Made by a program: the position numbers and the translations under genes. Below, one piece after another: positions 58,101 through 64,000 of a stretch of DNA of 64,000 nucleotides. Location: NCBI RefSeq assembly GCF_009914755.1, contig NC_060925.1; one strand, written 5' to 3'. The stretch is from the human T2T-CHM13v2.0 reference genome, Homo sapiens. The first letter of the stretch is position 1; the number at the start of each line of letters is the position of its first letter. The notes beneath the pieces are model-generated. The model had not been told where the DNA came from. It saw only the letters and a program-made list of their open reading frames with translations, and searched no databases.

Positions 58101-61100
58101 CATCGCATAGAATCGAATGGAATTATCATCGAATGGAATCGAATGGTATCAACACCAAACGGAAAAAAACGGAATTATCGAATGGAATCGAAGAGAATCT
58201 TCGAACGGACCCGAATGGAATCATCTAATGGAATGGAATGGAATAATCCATGGACTCGAATGCAATCATCATCGAATGGAATCGAATGGAATCATCGAAT
58301 GGACTCGAATGGAATAATCATTGAACGGAATCGAATGGAATCATCATCGGATGGAAACGAATGGAATCATCATCGAATGGAAATGAAAGGAGTCATCATC
58401 TAATGGAATTGCATGGAATCATCATAAAATGGAATCGAATGGAATCAACATCAAATGGAATCAAATGGAATCATTGGACGGAATTGAATGGAATCGTCAT
58501 CGAATGAATTGAATGCAATCATCGAATGGTCTCGAATGGAATCATCTTCAAATGGAATGGAATGGAATCATCGCATAGAATCGAATGGAATTATCATCGA
58601 ATGGAATCGAATGGAATCAACATCCAACGGAAAAAAACGGAATTATCGAATGGAATCGAAGAGAATCATCGAATGGACCCGAATGGAATCATCTAATGGA
58701 ATGGAATGGAATAATCCATGGACTCGAATGCAATCATCATCGAATGGAATCGAATGGAATCATCGAATGGACTCGAATGGAATAATCATTGAACGGAATC
58801 GAATGGAATCATCATCGGATGGAAATGAATGGAATCATCATCGAATGGAATCGAATAGAATTATGGAATGAAATCCAGTGTGATCATCATCGAATGGACC
58901 CGAATGGAATCATCATCCAACGGAAGCTAATGGAATCAACATCGAATGAATCAAATGGAAACACCATCGAATTGAAACGAATGGAATTATCATGAAATTG
59001 AAATGGATGGACTCATCATCGAATGGATTCGAATGGAATCATCGAATAAAATTGATTGAAATCATCATCGAATGGAATCGAATGGTATCATTGAATGGAA
59101 TCGAATGGAATCATCATCAGATGGAAATGAATGGAATCGTCATAGAATGGAATCGAATGGATTCATTGAATGGAATCAGATGGAATCATCGAATGGACTG
59201 GAATGGAATCATTGAATGGACTCGAAAGGGATCATTATTGAATGGAATTGAATGGAATCATCGAATGGTCTCGATTGGAATCATTATCAAATGGAATCGA
59301 ATGGAATCACCGAATACAATCGAATGGAACAATCATCGAATGGACTCAAATGGAATTATCCTCAAATGGAATCGAATGGAATTATCGAATGCAATCGAAT
59401 GGAATTATCGAATGCAATGGAATAGAATCATCGAATGGACTCGAATGGAATCATCGAATGGAATGGAATGGTACAGTCAATGAACTCGAATGGAATCATC
59501 ATTGAATGGAATCGAATGGAATCATCGAGTGGAATCGAATGGAATTATGATCAAATGGAATCGAATGTAATCATCATCAAATGGAATCAAAAATAACCAT
59601 CATCAATTGGTATTGAATGGAATTGTCATCAAATGGAATTCAAAGGAATCATCATCAAATGGAACCGAATGGAATCCTCATTGAATGGAAATGAAAGGGG
59701 TCATCATCTAATGGAATCGCATGGAATCATCATCAAATGGAATCGAATGGAATCATCATCAAATGGAATCTAATGGAATCATTGAACAGAATTGAATGGA
59801 ATCGTCATCGAATGAATTGAATGCAATCATCGAATGGTCTCGAATGGAATCATCTTCTAATGGAAAGGAATGGAATCATCGCATAGAATCGAATGGAATT
59901 ATCATCGAATGGAATCGAATGGTATCAACACCAAACGGAAAAAAAACGGAATTATCGAATGGAATCGAAGAGAATCTTCGAACGGACCCGAATGGAATCA
60001 TCTAATGGAATGGAATGGAATAATCCATGGACTCGAATGCAATCATCATCGAATGGAATCGAATGGAATCATCGAATGGACTCGAATGGAATAATCATTG
60101 AACGGAATCGAATGGAATCATCATCGGATGGAAACGAATGGAATCATCATCGAATGGAAATGAAAGGAGTCATCATCTAATGGAATTGCATGGAATCATC
60201 ATAAAATGGAATCGAATGGAATCAACATCAAATGGAATCAAATGGAATCATTGAACGGAATTGAATGGAATCGTCATCGAATGAATTGACTGCAATCATC
60301 GAATGGTCTCGAATGGAATCATCTTCAAATGGAATGGAATGGAATCATCGCATAGAATCGAATGGAATTATCATCGAATGGAATCGAATGGAATCAACAT
60401 CCAACGGAAAAAAACGGAATTATCGAATGGAATCGAAGAGAATCATCGAATGGACCCGAATGGAATCATCTAATGGAATGGAATGGAATAATCCATGGAC
60501 TCGAATGCAATCATCATCGAATGGAATCGAATGGAATCATCGAATGGACTCGAATGGAATAATCATTGAACGGAATCGAATGGAATCATCATCGGATGGA
60601 AATGAATGGAATCATCATCGAATGGAATCGAATAGAATTATGGAATGAAATCCAGTGTGATCATCATCGAATGGACCCGAATGGAATCATCATCCAACGG
60701 AAGCTAATGGAATCAACATCGAATGAATCGAATGGAAACACCATCGAATTGAAACGAATGGAATTATCATGAAATTGAAATGGATGGACTCATCATCGAA
60801 TGGATTCGAATGGAATCATCGAATAAAATTGATTGAAATCATCATCCAATGTAATCGAATGGTATCATTGAATGGAATCGAATGGAATCATCATCAGATG
60901 GAAATGAATGGAATCGTCATAGAATGGAATCGAATGGATTCATTGAATGGAATCAGATGGAATCATCGAATGGACTGGAATGGAATCATTGAATGGACTC
61001 GAAAGGGATCATGATTGAATGGAATTGAATGGAATCATCGAATGGTCTCGATTGGAATCATTATCAAATGGAATCGAATGGAATCACCGAATAGAATCGA

Positions 61101-64000
61101 ATGGAACAATCATCGAATGGACTCAAATGGAATTATCCTCAAATGGAATCGAATGGAATTATCGAATGCAATCGAATGGAATTATCGAATGCAATCGAAT
61201 AGAATCATCGAATGGACTCGAATGGAATCATCGAATGGAATGGAATGGAACAGTCAATGAACTCGAATGGAATCATCATTGAAAGGAATCGAATGGAATC
61301 ATCGAGTGGAATCGAATGGAATTATGATCAAATGGAATCGAATGTAATCATCATCAAATGGAATCAAAAATAACCATCATCAATTGGTATTGAATGGAAT
61401 TGTCATCAAATGGAATTCAAAGGAATCAATATCAAATGGAACCGAATGGAATCCTCATTGAATGGAAATGAAAGGGGTCATCATCTAATGGAATCGGATG
61501 GAATCATCATCAAATGGAATCGAATGGAATCATCATCAAATGGAATCTAATGGAATCATTGAACAGAATTGAATGGAATCGTCATCGAATGAATTGAATG
61601 CAATCATCGAATGGTCTCGAATGGAATCATCTTCTAATGGAAAGGAATGGAATCATCGCATAGAATCGAATGGAATTATCATCGAATGGAATCGAATGGT
61701 ATCAACACCAAACGGAAAAAAACGGAATTATCGAATGGAATCGAAGAGAATCTTCGAACGGACCCGAATGGAATCATCTAATGGAATGGAATGGAATAAT
61801 CCATGGACTCGAATGCAATCATCATCGAATGGAATCGAATGGAATCATCGAATGGACTCGAATGGAATAATCATTGAACGGAATCGAATGGAATCATCAT
61901 CGGATGGAAACGAATGGAATCATCATCGAATGGAAATGAAAGGAGTCATCATCTAATGGAATTGCATGGAATCATCATAAAATGGAATCGAATGGAATCA
62001 ACATCAAATGGAATCAAATGGAATCATTGAACGGAATTGAATGGAATCGTCATCGAATGAATTGACTGCAATCATCGAATGGTCTCGAATGGAATCATCT
62101 TCAAATGGAATGGAATGGAATCATCGCATAGAATCGAATGGAATTATCATCGAATGGAATCGAATGGAATCAACATCCAACGGAAAAAAACGGAATTATC
62201 GAATGGAATCGAAGAGAATCATCGAATGGACCCGAATGGAATCATCTAATGGAATGGAATGGAATAATCCATGGACTCGAATGCAATCATCATCGAATGG
62301 AATCGAATGGAATCATCGAATGGACTCGAATGGAATAATCATTGAACGGAATCGAATGGAATCATCATCGGATGGAAACGAATGGAATCATCATCGAATG
62401 GAATCGAATAGAATTATGGAATGAAATCCAGTGTGATCATCATCGAATGGACCCGAATGGAATCATCATCCAACGGAAGCTAATGGAATCAACATCGAAT
62501 GAATCAAATGGAAACACCATCGAATTGAAACGAATGGAATTATCATGAAATTGAAATGGATGGACTCATCATCGAATGGATTCGAATGGAATCATCGAAT
62601 AAAATTGATTGAAATCATCATCGAATGGAATCGAATGGTATCATTGAATGGAATCGAATGGAATCATCATCAGATGGAAATGAATGGAATCGTCATAGAA
62701 TGGAATCGAATGGATTCATTGAATGGAATCAGATGGAATCATCGAATGGACTGGAATGGAATCATTGAATGGACTCGAAAGGGATCATCATTGAATGGAA
62801 TTGAATGGAATCATCGAATGGTCTCGATTGGAATCATTATCAAATGGAATCGAATGGAATCACCGAATAGAATCGAATGGAACAATCATCGAATGGACTC
62901 AAATGGAATTATCCTCCAATGGAATCGAATGGAATTATCGAATGCAATCGAATGGAATTATCGAATGCAATCGAATAGAATCATCGAATGGACTCGAATG
63001 GAATCATCGAATGGAATGGAATGGAACAGTCAATGAACTCGAATGGAATCATCATTGAATGGAATCGAATGGAATCATCGAGTGGAATCGAATGGAATTA
63101 TGATCAAATGGAATCGAATGTAATCATCATCAAATGGAATCAAAAATAACCATCATCAATTGGTATTGAATGGAATTGTCATCAAATGGAATTCAAAGGA
63201 ATCATCATCAAATGGAACCGAATGGAATCCTCATTGAATGGAAATGAAAGGGGTCATCATCTAATGGAATCGCATGGAATCATCATCAAATGGAATCGAA
63301 TGGAATCATCATCAAATGGAATCTAATGGAATCATTGAACAGAATTGAATGGAATCGTCATCGAATGAATTGAATGCAATCATCGAATGGTCTCGAATGG
63401 AATCATCTTCTAATGGAAAGGAATGGAATCATCGCATAGAATCGAATGGAATTATCATCGAATGGAATCGAATGGTATCAACACCAAACGGAAAAAAACG
63501 GAATTATCGAATGGAATCGAAGAGAATCTTCGAACGGACCCGAATGGAATCATCTAATGGAATGGAATGGAATAATCCATGGACTCGAATGCAATCATCA
63601 TCGAATGGAATGGAATGGAATCATCGAATGGACTCGAATGGAATAATCATTGAACGGAATCGAATGGAATCATCATCGGATGGAAACGAATGGAATCATC
63701 ATCGAATGGAAATGAAAGGAGTCATCATCTAATGGAATTGCATGGAATCATCATAAAATGGAATCGAATGGAATCAACATCAAATGGAATCAAATGGAAT
63801 CATTGAACGGAATTGAATGGAATCGTCATCGAATGAATTGACTGCAATCATCGAATGGTCTCGAATGGAATCATCTTCAAATGGAATGGAATGGAATCAT
63901 CGCATAGAATCGAATGGAATTATCATCGAATGGAATCGAATGGAATCAACATCCAACGGAAAAAAACGGAATTATCGAATGGAATCGAAGAGAATCATCG
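49178..64000 (+). repeat. Canonical-type units (1772, 1772, 1746, 1776, 1776, 1776, 1777, 1776 bp)
   Basis: Landmarks 48374, 50146, 51918, 53664, 55440, 57216, 58992, 60769, 62545. Length differences are explained by a 4-bp deletion, a 26-bp deletion (~52680) and a 1-bp A-run expansion (~59940). Confidence 0.9.

Larger units (their letters stand above)
1..64000 (+). repeat. Human Satellite II (HSat2) tandem array, GGAAT strand, 1.77-kb higher-order type (likely chr1q12 D1Z1 / HSat2A family)
   Basis: Continuous GGAAT/CGAAT pentamers with ATCATC interruptions (monomers such as aatggaatcatcatcgaatggaatcg, 26 bp, and a 23-bp form), dense TCGA sites, and a modal landmark spacing of 1776 bp with one GAATTC per unit. 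The family call is secure. The chromosome/subfamily call rests on the known 1.77-kb EcoRI unit and is less certain. Confidence 0.96.

Noticed and set aside
59935-59950. A8 instead of A7 run giving a 1777-bp unit
   Set aside because: Singleton homopolymer change; slippage or sequencing error, not informative.
20-63732. More than 200 short plus-strand ORFs (MESSSNG/IEWNRME/NHHRME repeats, up to 178 aa)
   Set aside because: They are translations of GGAAT-based repeats. They overlap in all three frames, recur with the DNA period and are freely broken by frameshifts and stops. There is no evidence for coding function.
56244-63732. Possible four-unit (7105-bp) periodicity from a shared gaatggaatggaatcatc variant at ~56505 and ~63610
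   Set aside because: Supported by a single marker, and other variants in these units do not follow the same period.
1-64000. CRISPR-like or repeat-spacer system
   Set aside because: There are no unique spacers and no cas or other genes. The variation is degenerate satellite monomer.
1-64000. HSat3 or alpha-satellite identity; embedded Alu/L1 insertion
   Set aside because: Pure GGAAT runs are at most 3-4 copies and CATCATCGA-type monomers dominate, which indicates HSat2. There is no 171-bp monomer and no non-satellite segment, poly(A) tail or target-site duplication.

Overview
The whole 64 kb is one uninterrupted, single-orientation pericentromeric satellite array. It is built from degenerate (GGAAT/CGAAT)n with CATCAT(C) interruptions in 23/26-bp monomers, which identifies it as human Satellite II (HSat2). 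The dominant higher-order unit is 1776 bp with one EcoRI site, matching the chromosome 1q12-type HSat2 (D1Z1/pUC1.77, HSat2A family); the locus assignment is from recall, not a search. I see no genes, RNA genes, transposon insertions, CRISPR arrays or inversions, and every ORF in the track is a by-product of the repeat. I find no support for a new protein-coding system. What is informative is the array architecture, read from the spacing of a once-per-unit landmark (atgaaattgaaatggatggactc, 32 copies) and from shared variants. It comprises a 4021-bp tandem duplication (1-7.2 kb), a diverged domain with a 5825-bp three-unit super-repeat (9.3-28.8 kb), a switch to homogeneous 1776-bp units at about 31.2 kb, and a young 2835-bp super-repeat carrying a 713-bp deletion (37.8-49.2 kb). 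All comparisons were made by eye and should be confirmed by alignment.
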